Shown in pieces: positions 1 through 12,102 of a DNA stretch of 64,000 bases. The stretch spans positions 62,001 through 126,000 of the forward strand of contig NMRA01000287.1 in NCBI GenBank assembly GCA_002633005.1, in the 5' to 3' direction. The position numbers were made by a program, and so were the translations under genes. The notes beneath the pieces are model-generated. The model was not told the DNA's origin, did no database searches, and was given only the letters and a program-made list of their open reading frames with translations. This DNA comes from Phoronis australis. Taxonomy: Eukaryota > Animalia > Phoronida. The first letter of the stretch is position 1, and the number at the start of each line of letters is the position of its first letter.

Positions 1-316
1 ACGAAACTTGAAGTGTAGTACGAAAGCAAAGTAGGACACTCTCTGGCATGTAATCATTAAAAACAAAAATCTGTGCAACACTGCTTACATACGTACTAAG
101 CTCACAATGTAAATCCCATCCCTCGCAAAGCATTACCACGCCTACCGCAAGACGTCCTGATCATGCCCTGGTGCGTTTCGTCATTATTACTATTGTCGGT
201 AGACAATGATGGAGTGGGGCTGTCGTTGGTCTGTGTTTATAATGTCAGTGAAATATCATCAAATCATGGACACATCCCGGTTTTGAAAACGATTCTGCTA
301 GATGGTCCATGTTCTC

Positions 317-382
317 AACTATATGTACTGTTAGTAATGGAGATATTCTAACTATATGTACTGTTAGTAATGGAGATATTCT
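317..382. repeat. 33-bp tandem duplication
   Basis: aactatatgtactgttagtaatggagatattct occurs twice head-to-tail. Confidence 0.9.
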
Positions 383-3300
383 AATATAGCATATCACGCC
401 GTCACCACTAGTCACAAACCGTCATCTTCCAAACACCCCGCGAGTGATGACGTAATATAACAATGCCCCTAAGAGGTAAATTATGTAATGGAGACGAGTT
501 GTTACTTGCATTTCTACGGTGTCTAATTTCTCCGAGATGTTACGAGGTTTTGCGGGATTGTTAGTTCAGCGGGATATTGCGGATGGGGTTGCTAGTTCTG
601 TGAAAGCATTGTAGCTTCTTCTCTGGGCTTTTGATAAGTTGTGGGGCGTAAGAACTTTAATTTAATATTTCCCGGGCTTTTGGAACATTAATAACGGTTA
701 CGTGTTGAATTTTAATAAATTTTGTCTGAGTGGGGTTATAAGAAAATTTATTTATTTTCGAAAAGCATCATTACAGACATCTATAAAAATGACCCTTAAC
801 AAAAGCTACCACGACATTTCAAGATTCTTTACATACACGCACACTTTATTGCATCATCTAATAGTTTAACAACCACATCGTTAGTAAAACGCTCATGCTC
901 AACACTTCATCTACATCACAACAATTACAAATTGGACGTTAATTAAGTTTATACCAATTGTCAAATAATTAAGAACGATGTCTCGTAGCGGAAAACTAAT
1001 GCAACTTTACTACCAACCCTTGATATAGCTACATGAATCCACGCGCCACGTTTTAGGAAAGTTACTCAAACAAAAACAGTGGAACAAAAGCCACGTCAGG
1101 TGTCAGTAAATTAGAACTTACATCTGCATCACTGGACTCTCACAGAACGAAAGTGGAAAAGATGGTCGACGCAACGCCATCGTGTGTCCAGTTACAACAC
1201 AACATCTCGCAAAGTGAAAAGGAAACACTAGACCTGGCAACAAACAAACAAGCAAACAGAAAACAAAATGAAAGAGAAATGCACTTGATGAATAAAGTTG
1301 CTCTCAGTGCCATCGAGTACCAGGAAATTTTTATACCAAATATCGATTGATGATCAAATGTTGACAGTTGTACTTATTTTCCTCATTCAACACTCTTACT
1401 CATGTCTTTGTTGTATTTCCTGAAGTACAAAATATATGAATACAAAAAAGAAGCAAAATACTATTCTTATTAATAAAAAGCCACCACTTAACAACATTTA
1501 CAAATAATTTCAATAGCAGTCAAATGTCACTTATGCATTCAGTAGCAATTTATCACAAACTAGTTTTGCAAAGTTTAAAATCAGCGATTGTCAGCTGCCC
1601 ACGTTTATACACGTATCAGATACTTCGTGAGTTTGCAAGGGGGTGAAACCTGTCCTGTTGCCAAGTTAATAATACTGGTGATCAACAGGTGGCGCTGTCA
1701 ATCGATAACTGCACACTAGTAGTTTTGAAAAAGTTCTTCGCTAATGAACGCAAGACATATAGATTAATAACAGAACCAGTTGGCTGTTTTCTTCAAGAAT
1801 CACGAAGACGTTCTTCGGAACGAATTTTGCAAGACTTTACTTCATTTGGTACGCTTCATTCTGGAAAAGGAGAAAACGAATTACTCTCCACTGCACAGGT
1901 ACATTTTTGTTTAAAGAAGCGTCATTTCTACACGGTCTGCTCTCCATTATTTTTAATAAAGTAAAATAATGATAAAAAGAAACGAAAAAGAGGTATCAGG
2001 AAATCAAATAAGGGGAAATCGAAACGAAAAAGGAAGAGGAAATCCTCTTAAAAGCGGAAAATTCCAAGCCCTGACGTATGCACACTGTTGTTGATGTACG
2101 TGAGGAAAGAATACAAGAATTGAGTTAGTACGAACTGAATTGTGGTTGGTGAGAAAAATAATTACAGCTAACAAGAAAATAATTGTAACAATGAAATAAG
2201 AACGACAGTGCGTACCGTAAGGTTGTAAGAATATCTACCCTGGAAGTTACCAGTATGCCAAGTTATCAAAACACGCACAATTTGTCACCAATTGAGAAGT
2301 CTAAGTGATTGGCTGACTTACGCCCAACACAATTAAGCAAAGGAGACAATACAAATCAGGGGTGGAGCCTTCAGGGGGCGCGCACCATCACCAAAATTTA
2401 TACATAGGTTAATGTGCAATTTATTTCCACGTAGTTATAAGTCGACGAAACACAATCCAGTTAATAAGTTTAAGGCATCATAACAATAAGTATGATTTCT
2501 GCCTGTGTAACAGAAGACGCAATGCAGTTAAATGTCGCTTGTAAATTCTCTTTCGATCGCAGTGTGTTTCTGTATCAGCAAATGCCGGAATCAGAAGGAG
2601 GTCAAAGAGCTACATCCGGTAAAATGCTATCTGGTCGCTAGATGTCGCGAGAGTAAAAAAAGGTAATTTTCCAACTTCTTATTAGTCAAGCCTAACATTC
2701 CCCATTACAAGTTTCCTTTAAGTTTCTAAAAAAGTGTCCACCAAAAGCATGAAATGTGCTGTTCAACAAATAACGAGATGGATGGAAAACATGGACTCGA
2801 AAAAGTAAAAAGAGTCACAAGGTGGTGCAAAAATACGTTGAACCAATAAGAAATTGGAAAACTATCGTCATCACCTTAATAGAAACTAATTTGCCAATTT
2901 TCACAAAAATCCATCAGTGAACTCCGAAGATCCAGATGCAAAACGTAAAAAACTACCACTAGGGGGCACAGCAGTAGTCGAATGGGCCTGAAACTCGTCA
3001 TAACATGTCAGCTCTACAGGTGCACGTCAGCCAAATTTCACAGGAGGTCCTACAAAGGCTTAAGGTGACACAGCCGTAGACGAAAAAACACCAATAGTAA
3101 CCCAAGTTAGGTTACCCAACCCGTTCAAATATCAACGTCAGCCCTTCTCATCAGAAACATGATCCTCAGAGCAGTTAGGCGGATAGAGAGGCAGACGCCA
3201 AAAATGGACTCAGAAATGTTAAAAAATTCTCACTAGGTGATCCACAACCAACACGTCAAATGGGAAAGCAATGTCGCCACCTCAATAGAAACCTTATTGG

Positions 3301-3472
3301 ACAGGATTAATTGGAAATCCATCAATGAACTACGAATATACAGGGGAAAACATTAAAATTACCACTAGGGGACACACCAATAGTCAGAAATTGGTCAGAA
3401 ACCCGTCATAATCCGATGGCAGATGAATATGAACACATCCGCCAAATTTCACAAAAATCTGTCAAGGGTTAA

Positions 3473-4479
3473 AGGCGAAGACAACCTTTTTCCATGTCAT
3501 TTTGAGCTAAAATAAGTTTGTTTGGTTATCCTAGACATATTTTCCACTTAATTACAGCTTTTCGTAATTTTATTAATTACTCGTCCGCTACTGCGGAAGT
3601 GACGTTTTAGGAGGCAAGCATTTCGCGCCAATTTCTTTTCATATAGTCTGACGGTGAGAACTGCCGAGTCAGTCATTGTTCTACCTCGGTTGTGTTAAGT
3701 TCCGTGGTCGTTTGCTTTCATTTACTAGTCAGTCAACATGCCACACTGTTGCTGTGTACCGGAATGTACCAGTTATCGGCTCACGCGCGCTTTGGGAGTA
3801 CCTTTGCATCGCTTTCCGATGGATGACACACTTCGCCGTACTTGGCTCGTTCGTGTGAAGAACGCAGCGTTACCCGTCCACGCAACGTACAAAGCAGTGG
3901 AGAATTACTGTGTGTGTGGCAAGCACTTTCTGCCNNNNNNNNNNNNNNNNNNNNNNNNNNNNNNNNNNNNNNNNNNNNNNNNNNNNNNNNNNNNNNNNNN
4001 NNNNNNNNNNNNNNNNNNNNNNNNNNNNNNNNNNNNNNNNNNNNNNNNNNNNNNNNNNNNNNNNNNNNNNNNNNNNNNNNNNNNNNNNNNNNNNNNNNNN
4101 NNNNNNNNNNNNNNNNNNNNNNNNNNNNNNNNNNNNNNNNNNNNNNNNNNNNNNNNNNNNNNNNNNNNNNNNNNNNNNNNNNNNNNNNNNNNNNNNNNNN
4201 NNNNNNNNNNNNNNNNNNNNNNNNNNGCCGATGGAAAGTGGTGGCGACAATTGTTGAAAAACAGCACAAAACAAAAGTAGAATAGAACAGATTCGCACGG
4301 TAAAGTCAACGCAAAACCAAGTGGCGGGAAACGCTTGCCTCCTAAAACGTCACTTCCGCAGTAGCGGACGAGTAATTAATAAAATTACGAAAAGCTGTAA
4401 TTAAGTGGAAAATTTGTCTAGGATAACCAACCAACCTTATTTTAGCTCAAAATGACATGGAAAAAGGTTGCCTTCGCCT
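3473..4479 (+). mobile_element. Kolobok-type DNA transposon (contains a 292-N gap)
   Basis: ~155-bp TIRs (aggcgaagacaacc...ggttgccttcgcct), TTAA on both sides (3469-3472, 4480-4483), AGG termini, internal THAP ORF. Confidence 0.85.
3738..3934 (+). CDS. THAP zinc-finger domain, transposase N-terminus (runs into the assembly gap)
   Basis: MPHCCCVPEC...LHRFP...W...VCGKHF matches the C2CH THAP signature with the conserved P, W and F residues. Confidence 0.85.
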
Positions 4480-5178
4480 TTAAGGAAGGACAGCCACCGG
4501 CAAAAAAACAAAATCCCCACTAGGGTGCGCCACAGTGGTCGAACAAATCGGAAATCAGCTTCTGTCTCCTCATCAGAAAGATACTCGCAAATTTTCACGT
4601 GAGCGCATAAAAACTTAGCACCAACTTGACAGCTACTGTACCTTCAATCCCAGAATACCAGTGCGATAGAAAGCGTTACTTCACACAGCGAAATTTCTAA
4701 AATAGTCTACGTATTTCCTGACTGTGGCTCACTTCTGTGCACGGTGGAATTAACCTTCCACCTTCAGGCATGACCACAAGTGCAACGACACTTATCATTT
4801 GGAAACCGCGATCGCCACATCTCGCAAAGTCTTACACCCGGCAGTGGCATGTTCTTTCAAAAAGCGCGCATCTTTTGCCCGATAGGCTTGGCTTAATGAT
4901 CAAGAGTGTCCGCGAAATCAGTCAGAGGTCGACTTCATAACAAGTGTTTAAATCAGAAATTTAACCCTACGCTCCACACTACAATTTTTGAAAATATGCT
5001 CATAACTGAGTTAATTAACAATAACCATTCCTTGACTACGGTGTGTTCCTCTCTTATTTCGTCAATCATTATCCAGCAATTGACAGATCCAATTTTCCTC
5101 ACAGCATTTATACAGAACTCCATACAAACTGATGCAAAATGCAACAAATACATCTGAGTCAAAGCTAGAGCAAAATCA

Positions 5179-5235
5179 AGTGATGCATGGGTCTGGTTTG
5201 GGAACCGTGATGCATGGGCCTGGTTTGGGAACCGT
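5179..5235. repeat. 27-bp tandem duplication in the putative 3' UTR
   Basis: gtgatgcatggg(t/c)ctggtttgggaacc x2. Confidence 0.85.
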
Positions 5236-5489
5236 GCAAAGGGTAGGAAATGGGTGGAAGCAGCAGATACGTGAAGGCGCACCTTTCAACTACAACACGT
5301 CAGCAGTAATCTATGCAATAACCTGAGCGGGACAAATTCACCAAGAGTACTACTATCGTTTATGGAGCGAAAGCAATGCCAACATACATGCAGGCGCTAG
5401 TCCAACACCCAACTGTATGAAGCCTGCCTCATGAAGCAATCACAAAAGATACATGCCGTCGAAACAGCTCAATCTTACCTCCACTTTAA

Positions 5490-8400
5490 CTAAATAACCT
5501 GAAGACAAAAATGTTACCATGTTATTCAAAGCGACTACAAACCTGCGTTCTCTCAAAACATAGACTTCTATGTAAGGCCGTGGATAAAGAAACTAAATTT
5601 TGATTGCAACCACATAGTGCAACCAACCTATCCTAAATGTATTCCTCATATGAAAAGTAGTTTCTGCACCAGGAGAAATATAGCAGATCGTCATTACTTG
5701 AGGCGGTACTCGGGTGCATAAAATAACCCGACAAACCTCCAGAGCCTGATGGCGACTATTAAAGAAGTATCAGTTTTTCCAATGTCAGAAATATCATTCC
5801 TACTTTGTAGTTACGTGGATACTTACTCTATTCGAACCCTCTGTGCAGCAGCAGCCGATACTGGCGTGAACAATGGCGGTGATGAAAGTCAACAAGCCTA
5901 GAAGAGCTCCCGCCCAAGTCAAGGCCCCAATGGCGATTGCGGTAGCGTTGCTGCCACTGAAGGCCTGCAACAAACAGACGAAACAATTGTGCATTGTTGT
6001 GTGAACAAATGCTTTCCAGCTATACTTTCACTTTGTCCATAAGTTAAAGCAATTCACTACATATAAGAATTTCAAAAATATCAACAACGTTAAATGCAAA
6101 CTTATCATATTGAACAAATTTAGAGTTGCTTTACAAATATAATACAATAGGAATATATGTGGTCAATGGTAACATCGGAAATTGTATCCTAATGTTTCAA
6201 GTGTACCCGCGTTCGTACTAGTGAACACCCTTAAATGTATTTAGGAAAGTCATGATAAAAATACACGTTCACCAATTTATCAAGAATCATAATGTGTGCA
6301 TGTTTGCATTCAAGACATTTATTACACTTAAATAAGTAGACATATGTTATTGGTACAGGTTAAATTAACACATCTTGTCAACACAAAAATTAATCCTTTT
6401 AGCGAGTTACCATGGATACCCAATTCGACAGTAATATCAACTGCACGGGTACACATTATTTGCATAATCAATGCAACAGCAACACTCCTCATCTCGAAAA
6501 TATTTAAGTCACTGTATAATAGGCTACAACACATCTAGTTTCAACAGTCTGGACTGAAGCCTTCAGTCTCATCAAACATAGCGGTGTAGCTACACGGGGG
6601 AAGAGGCGAACCGGCGAGAACAGTACCCCGACAGGGCAGCGGCACCTAGACAGAGCAGCGACACCAATGATGAGAGATTGGTGCGATGATGGCGATGAAG
6701 GGGACGACATAAGAGAGGTGAAGACCAGGGAGAGGCGTGACATTGGTTGCGAGGCCGGAAGAGACGCGAATTGAATGATAGAAACAAAAGAAAGGTGGCA
6801 CGTGACTAGCGAGGAAAGGGGCGTGACACAAACGATCGGACAGCAGTTAAAAAGTGTTAAAGACATGGGGTGGGCGTGTCAAATTGAGGGTGTGAGGTAA
6901 AAGCGACAAAATTATCTTCAGTCTCTGGTCGCCAATGCCAGTAATAAAAGCCACACAACTGAACAAAATAGATCAAATTTTCAAATAGGGTTCAATACTT
7001 ACGCCAATCGATAACCATCCATAGAAAGCGCACAAACCCAATTGTACGGCAGCCGCCAACGTGGCAAAGATAGAGAACACGATGACACAGACTTTCTAAA
7101 AACAACAGTCGGAGAATAAACAGCGCAATAAACAATGACCGTGAAATACAATACACCCTAGCCCAAAACAGTGCGTTCCAATTCAGTTTCTTGGGCTCCA
7201 ACATCGGCTTTTGATACATTTTAAGAATTTTTTTTTATTTACAGCTTTACGAAGTTAGAAGCAGAAGTCTGCTAATAAAATGTAAACCTTGAGCCATCCA
7301 TGAAGTATGCTAGTAACTCACTAACTAACAAGAGCAAGGCATACATGTACGTTCATTTAGCAAACCTCGGATGTATAGCACATACAGCCATCAAAGTAGG
7401 ATCCACAACTCCCGTGTAGTGTTATTTAAGTATCAAACCTAAATGCATTGTGTAGAATTCTACCAACCAACCATTTCTATAACTCAGGGCCCTCACAGTA
7501 AAATCGGTAGGTGAGGACAAACGGGGGCGCACGTACAATTAGAATTGTGTGTGGCTGTGCTCCGAGCAAACAAAATTATTTAAAAGTTCTGAGCAAAACA
7601 AAGTGTTTTTATCACACAAGTTTTCCGGGTGTGTATTGTCCTTGTTCTATGCATAAAAGCACAGTTACAATTAACCTGCGAATGTTTTTGTAAAGACTTG
7701 CGTCACTACAGGTGTGTCACTCTGTGTCAATAATCTTTGAAACACCCTATTCGCATCCTAAACTACTTAATTGAAATAAATATGTGTATGGCATGGCGCT
7801 AGAGAATACACAGGTATTTTCCCTAGTCAGACTTGACATCTCACAGGTTGTTGCCACAAAAGAAGAGGTGTTAAAAATATTAATATATACATTAGTTCTA
7901 AAATCTATTGCCTATACTTCAAAATTGATTACATTGCATAATCTGCCTTGAGTTAACACACGTGTTTAATTCAACTAATTTGCCAGAAATAGAAAACTTA
8001 CAATGCACGTGATGGAATTGGAGCGCTCTTCGTTGGCACACGCGCCCACTGCTCCAGCTATAATAGGCCATATGGAGCAGTACAGTGGAGAGGCAAAGTA
8101 GCCAATGTAAACCAGAAATGAAGTAATATTGCCGCCTGAAAATAAATGTAATTTACAGTAAACTGATAGCAGGCTGCATGCAGACATGGTGCAAGCGGTC
8201 GAATTTTGGGATAAGTTTGGACCACAATGTGAAGCTCTTTTCTCTATCTACCCGCCAGACACTGTTCCTCGCCACAACACATCCATACGTCTAACACGTG
8301 ACTTAATTTCATTCTTCAGTTCGCAACGGTAGTCGACATCAATTCGATATCATAAAGTCTTTTAAAATCCTACAGCGGCTACAAGCTCGCATTCCGTCAA

Positions 8401-9192
8401 AGTTGCGAATCTTTCATTCAGACCAGTTGCCGGCACTGTAAATTTGTTCCTTACTCGACTGGGAAGTGATTCCGTGCTTGCAAAGGGGTGACAGGTAATT
8501 ATTATAGAGACCATGCTAGGCGCATTAAATGACCCGCCGTGACAAGCCGACTTGTAGAGCCTGGTCTCAACCAATAACCAACTATCAGTACTTTCCCTGA
8601 AATCACCGCAAATTTGATTAAGGAAATATTTGAAACCAATCTCATATTGATAAGTGGTATAAAGAAAACTTTGTTTTTGAGACTTCCAAAGTTTTCAAAT
8701 CTTCCCTTCAGTTCATTAGAGTCGTTGGAACTTTGGGCGTTAACCTTCGTAGCTGTGCTTAGACCTTCTCCCATACGAGATCAATGAAACCCAAGGATAA
8801 TGACATGTCCATTCGACTGGGATCCGTTACTGATTCTAAAGTTACAAGAACAGTCACTCACTGAACAAAAACAGTTGACATGATGTGTTTGAGGCGAAAA
8901 CACCAACACCGGTAATACTATCCTAATGGCACACAGACGTATGAGCAGAACATTCATTCTATAACAATTTTATAATCACATATTTCGGAAGACAAGACAA
9001 ATCTATCATTGTCATATTTTCTCTAACAACAAAAATTCAAAGCACTAACCATCACTTTAGTATCTTACTAATTATTGACTTACTGCTGCCTCCACTAAAG
9101 GTAACGGCGACCAACGAGATGCCAACAATAAGAGATAAAATTCCAAAAATGAGATGTGCAATGCCGGCTCTTCGTAAGTTTCCGTACGCCAT
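5490..9192 (-). CDS. MS4A/CD20-like four-transmembrane protein, ~160 aa; join(9084-9192, 8002-8135, 7003-7095, 5827-5964, 5490-5498)
   Basis: All introns GT-AG with consistent phases (1,0,0,0); one hydrophobic helix per exon; MS4A-like motifs (SPLYCSIWPIIAGAVG in TM2, ITAIVHASIGCCC at the end of TM4). Confidence 0.85.
5827..5964 (-). CDS. MS4A-like gene coding exon 4 (TM4)
   Basis: ttgcag|GCC...AGA|gtaagt, 46 codons: AFSGSNATAIAIGALTWAGALLGLLTFITAIVHASIGCCCTEGSNR. Confidence 0.9.
7003..7095 (-). CDS. MS4A-like gene coding exon 3 (TM3); this frame is absent from the ORF track
   Basis: tttttag|AAA...GGC|gtaagt, 31 codons: KVCVIVFSIFATLAAAVQLGLCAFYGWLSIG. Confidence 0.88.
8002..8135 (-). CDS. 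MS4A-like gene coding exon 2 (TM2)
   Basis: ttttcag|GC...ATT|gtaagt, encodes GNITSFLVYIGYFASPLYCSIWPIIAGAVGACANEERSNSITCI. Confidence 0.9.
9084..9192 (-). CDS. MS4A-like gene first coding exon (TM1)
   Basis: aagATGG start; MAYGNLRRAGIAHLIFGILSLIVGISLVAVTFSGGS|gtaagt; an acceptor (tttttgcag) 16 nt upstream of the ATG implies a further 5' UTR exon. Confidence 0.88.
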
Positions 9193-10169
9193 CTTGATAG
9201 GTCGAGATCTGCAAAAACAAAACAACAGTAACAAACAATCTCCAACAGACGATAACAAAGGACAGACCATTCACTTGAAATAACCACAGAACTCCTGCCA
9301 CAGAATGTCAACTCCTGCACGTGTCCAATAAATTCCATTGTTAGAGCCTGGGACCCCAAGACTGGCCGCAACAGTTTACACTATGAATTTCCCGCTGTCT
9401 GTTCAACTGAGTTTTGATCGAGTGCTGCAGTAATCAAATCAAGCCTAATTGTATTGTTTCATTTGACGAGCAGCGATTTCCCTAGCAAAATTGGTCAACA
9501 AACCAGACAATTACATTGGTCATTCTTTGTACGCAAACAACCCGGGACCCTGGCCAGATATTGGGAATAGTCTGGACTCTGATGTCTTTTCATCTCCAGT
9601 TATAGAACCATTTTCAACAACCTATTTTTGGGTGTTAAAATCATGTTACTGTATTATACGGAAAGAAGTGACTTTCGTATTCGGAGTATTCTACGATTAC
9701 ACATGAAAAGTTTAGCGCCTCCTAGCAGATGTGTGTTTGTGTTTGTATCAATTATTAATAACCCTGCTATGTCATGTTGATAAAGTTTACCGTTACATTT
9801 TATCCAACAGGTGAGGCACCTGGTTAGAGGAAAACAAAATCATATCGCAGGTGCAAATTGGTTTCAGACAGTAGCGTAATTGTCTTGATCACATTTTCTC
9901 TCTGACCTCCATGATGGAAAACAAAATACAAACACGGCGGCCCATGCTTGTGCGTTTCGTCGACGTAAAGACGGCGTTTGATTCATTAGACGGGAACTTT
10001 CGAGATTTAAGGATGAAATGAAAAGGTCACAGTGCGGGTTATGGTAAATAACAGCATGGTTCACACCCTTACGTATTCGGGTGATATGGCGGGTGATATG
10101 GCTTTGATAACCAATAATGTGAGTGAAATGAAGAATATGCTGAGTTAAATACCTGGCTCCCTTTAGAAA

Positions 10170-10415
10170 GTCAAGTATTCCTCGCTCACTGTTTTCAAAT
10201 GTGGTAATTTTGAAGTGAAAGACGAATACAAATATCTAGGTCTATGGCTTAGTGAACACTTAGATCGGAATGTAATGTCTAAGGCTTTTGCTCAGTCATC
10301 AAAAAGTGTTTTTGGCCTGCTTATTGTCAGCAAAGTATAACATTTGCGGTGGTATTCCTTACATGTATTCTCTACACTTTTTGATGCTTTGGTACAGTCA
10401 ATACTGGATTATGTC
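10170..10415 (+). mobile_element. Degenerate non-LTR retrotransposon reverse transcriptase fragment
   Basis: With frameshifts it translates to FKCGNFEVKDEYKYLGLWLSEHLD...LFDALVQSILDY, the YKYLG/thumb region of LINE RTs. Confidence 0.7.
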
Positions 10416-10879
10416 TGTCTGGTCAAGCGAAAACAAGTTTTTTTTCACTACCAACCGCCGTAGAGTATTTTGTTACTGTTTCTTTGAAGAGAGATATTGT
10501 TGGGCAGTTTCCAAGATACGTTTTCTTGCCGCCCTCAAAATGAGCGCTGCATACTTTATGCTACCAAGTCGGAAAGAATTCACGAAGTCGGCCTTTGCTA
10601 CCAGCTCTACTAGTGTCTCTGACCCATGTTTAACGCAGTTCTTGATCCTTGGGAAACAGGTAGTAACTAAATTTTTTATCTCGCTAACTGGTATAATAGC
10701 ATGCCAGGCATTCAACACGTTTAACCTCCCTGTAGCCGGTTCTCCCCCACGCTTGTCGACCTACTTGTTTACCAGCTTAACCACAATGCAACATTCTGAC
10801 CCATTTCCAATATGGCGGCGTTGCAACTCCGCTATTTTAAAAATCACCTTGAGAATGGTTTGGTTGATCGACGGGTGAC

Positions 10880-12102
10880 GCCAAAAAACAATCACGAAAA
10901 CAAAAAAATGGCTACTAGGAGGCGCAAAGTACCTCGATTCCATCCGAAAACAGGAGGATAGCATCATCTCACCAATAGATGCCTATACGCCAAATTTTCT
11001 TAAAATCTGAGGACCTTTGAAGATACAGAAGTAAATATAAAGGACTATAAAATTGCCACTAGGTGGCACACTGGTAGTCAGATCCGTCCGAAAGTTGTTG
11101 TCATTCGTTGTGAACATAATATAAATACACTAGCTAAATTTAACAAAGAACCTGCAAAGGGTTTAGGAGATACAGCCATGGGCGCAAAAAAACTGCCACT
11201 AGGCGGCGCCACAGTAGACGAAATCGTCGGAAAATCATCGTCAGCTGTCCTCTTCATAGTAAGAAAATACATGCCAATTCTCACAATCATACTTAGGGCC
11301 GTTTGATTGATACAGGGGTGGACGCCAAAAACAGACTAAAGAACAGCAAAAATGGCCACTAGGTGGTGCAAACTATGTCAAATCTATCTGAAAACGGGAT
11401 GATAGCGTCATCTGACTAGGAGATGCCTATACGCCAAATTTTATGACAATACGATGAGGACATTTGAAGAGGTAAACGTAAAAAACTGAAATTACCACTA
11501 AGGGCCACACCAGTAGTCAGATGTATCCGAAAGTCGTCGTCATCTATTGTCAACATCATATAAATACATTTGCTTAATTTAATAATCCTGCAAACGATTT
11601 AGGAGATACAGCCATAGGCGCAAAAAATGCCACTAGGAGCGCCACAGTAGACGAAATCATCGTCAGCCGTCGTCTTCATAATAAGAACATACATGCCAAT
11701 ATTCACAATTATTCTTAGAGCAGTTTGGTTCATAGAGGGTAGACACTAAAAACAGACTCGAAAACAGCAAAAATGGCCACTAAGTAGCGCAAACTTCGTC
11801 GAATCCATCCGAAAACGGAAGTGTAGCGTCATCTCACTAATAGATGCATATTTTGCAAATTTTATGAAAATACATTGAGGACCTTTGAAGATATAGAGGT
11901 AAGCGTAAAAACTAAAATTGCCATATCGGTGGTCGGATCCGTTAAGAAAGTTCGCTCATGTCATGCCATCCATGAAAGGAACACATGTGCCAAATTTTAT
12001 GAATGTTTGTCAAAGGGTTTTGGAGATAGAGCAACGGGCGCAGGACGCCGGACGGATGCCGACGGACGCCGGACGGACGGCATAATATGTGGGCGCATAA
12101 AA
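10880..12102 (+). repeat. Higher-order tandem array (three ~145-bp subunits per ~435-bp unit) ending in a (GACG)n tract; resembles Helentron-associated/DINE-1-like elements
   Basis: ccactagg-type anchors at ~10912, 11056, 11196, 11356, 11495, 11630, 11777; every third subunit is most similar; gacggacg repeats at ~12044-12080. Confidence 0.75.

Larger units (their letters stand above)
2785..4610 (+). repeat. Diverged ~140-bp-subunit tandem array (same family as 10880-12100), interrupted by the Kolobok element
   Basis: Recurrent ccactagg and gccaaatttcaca motifs at ~140-bp spacing (2956, 3230, 3362, resuming at 4517 after the insertion); boundaries approximate. Confidence 0.7.

Noticed and set aside
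3781-4309. Long ORFs spanning the N gap (also 40726-41076)
   Set aside because: Artefacts of translating Ns; only the THAP frame starting at 3738 is meaningful
6504-6866. 120-aa minus-strand ORF inside the MS4A-like gene
   Set aside because: Intronic, biased composition, no recognisable motif or splice sites; the gene model is complete without it
10288-10967. Overlapping ORFs on both strands (196 aa plus, 81 and 68 aa minus)
   Set aside because: No recognisable domain; they overlap a LINE fragment and the start of the tandem array
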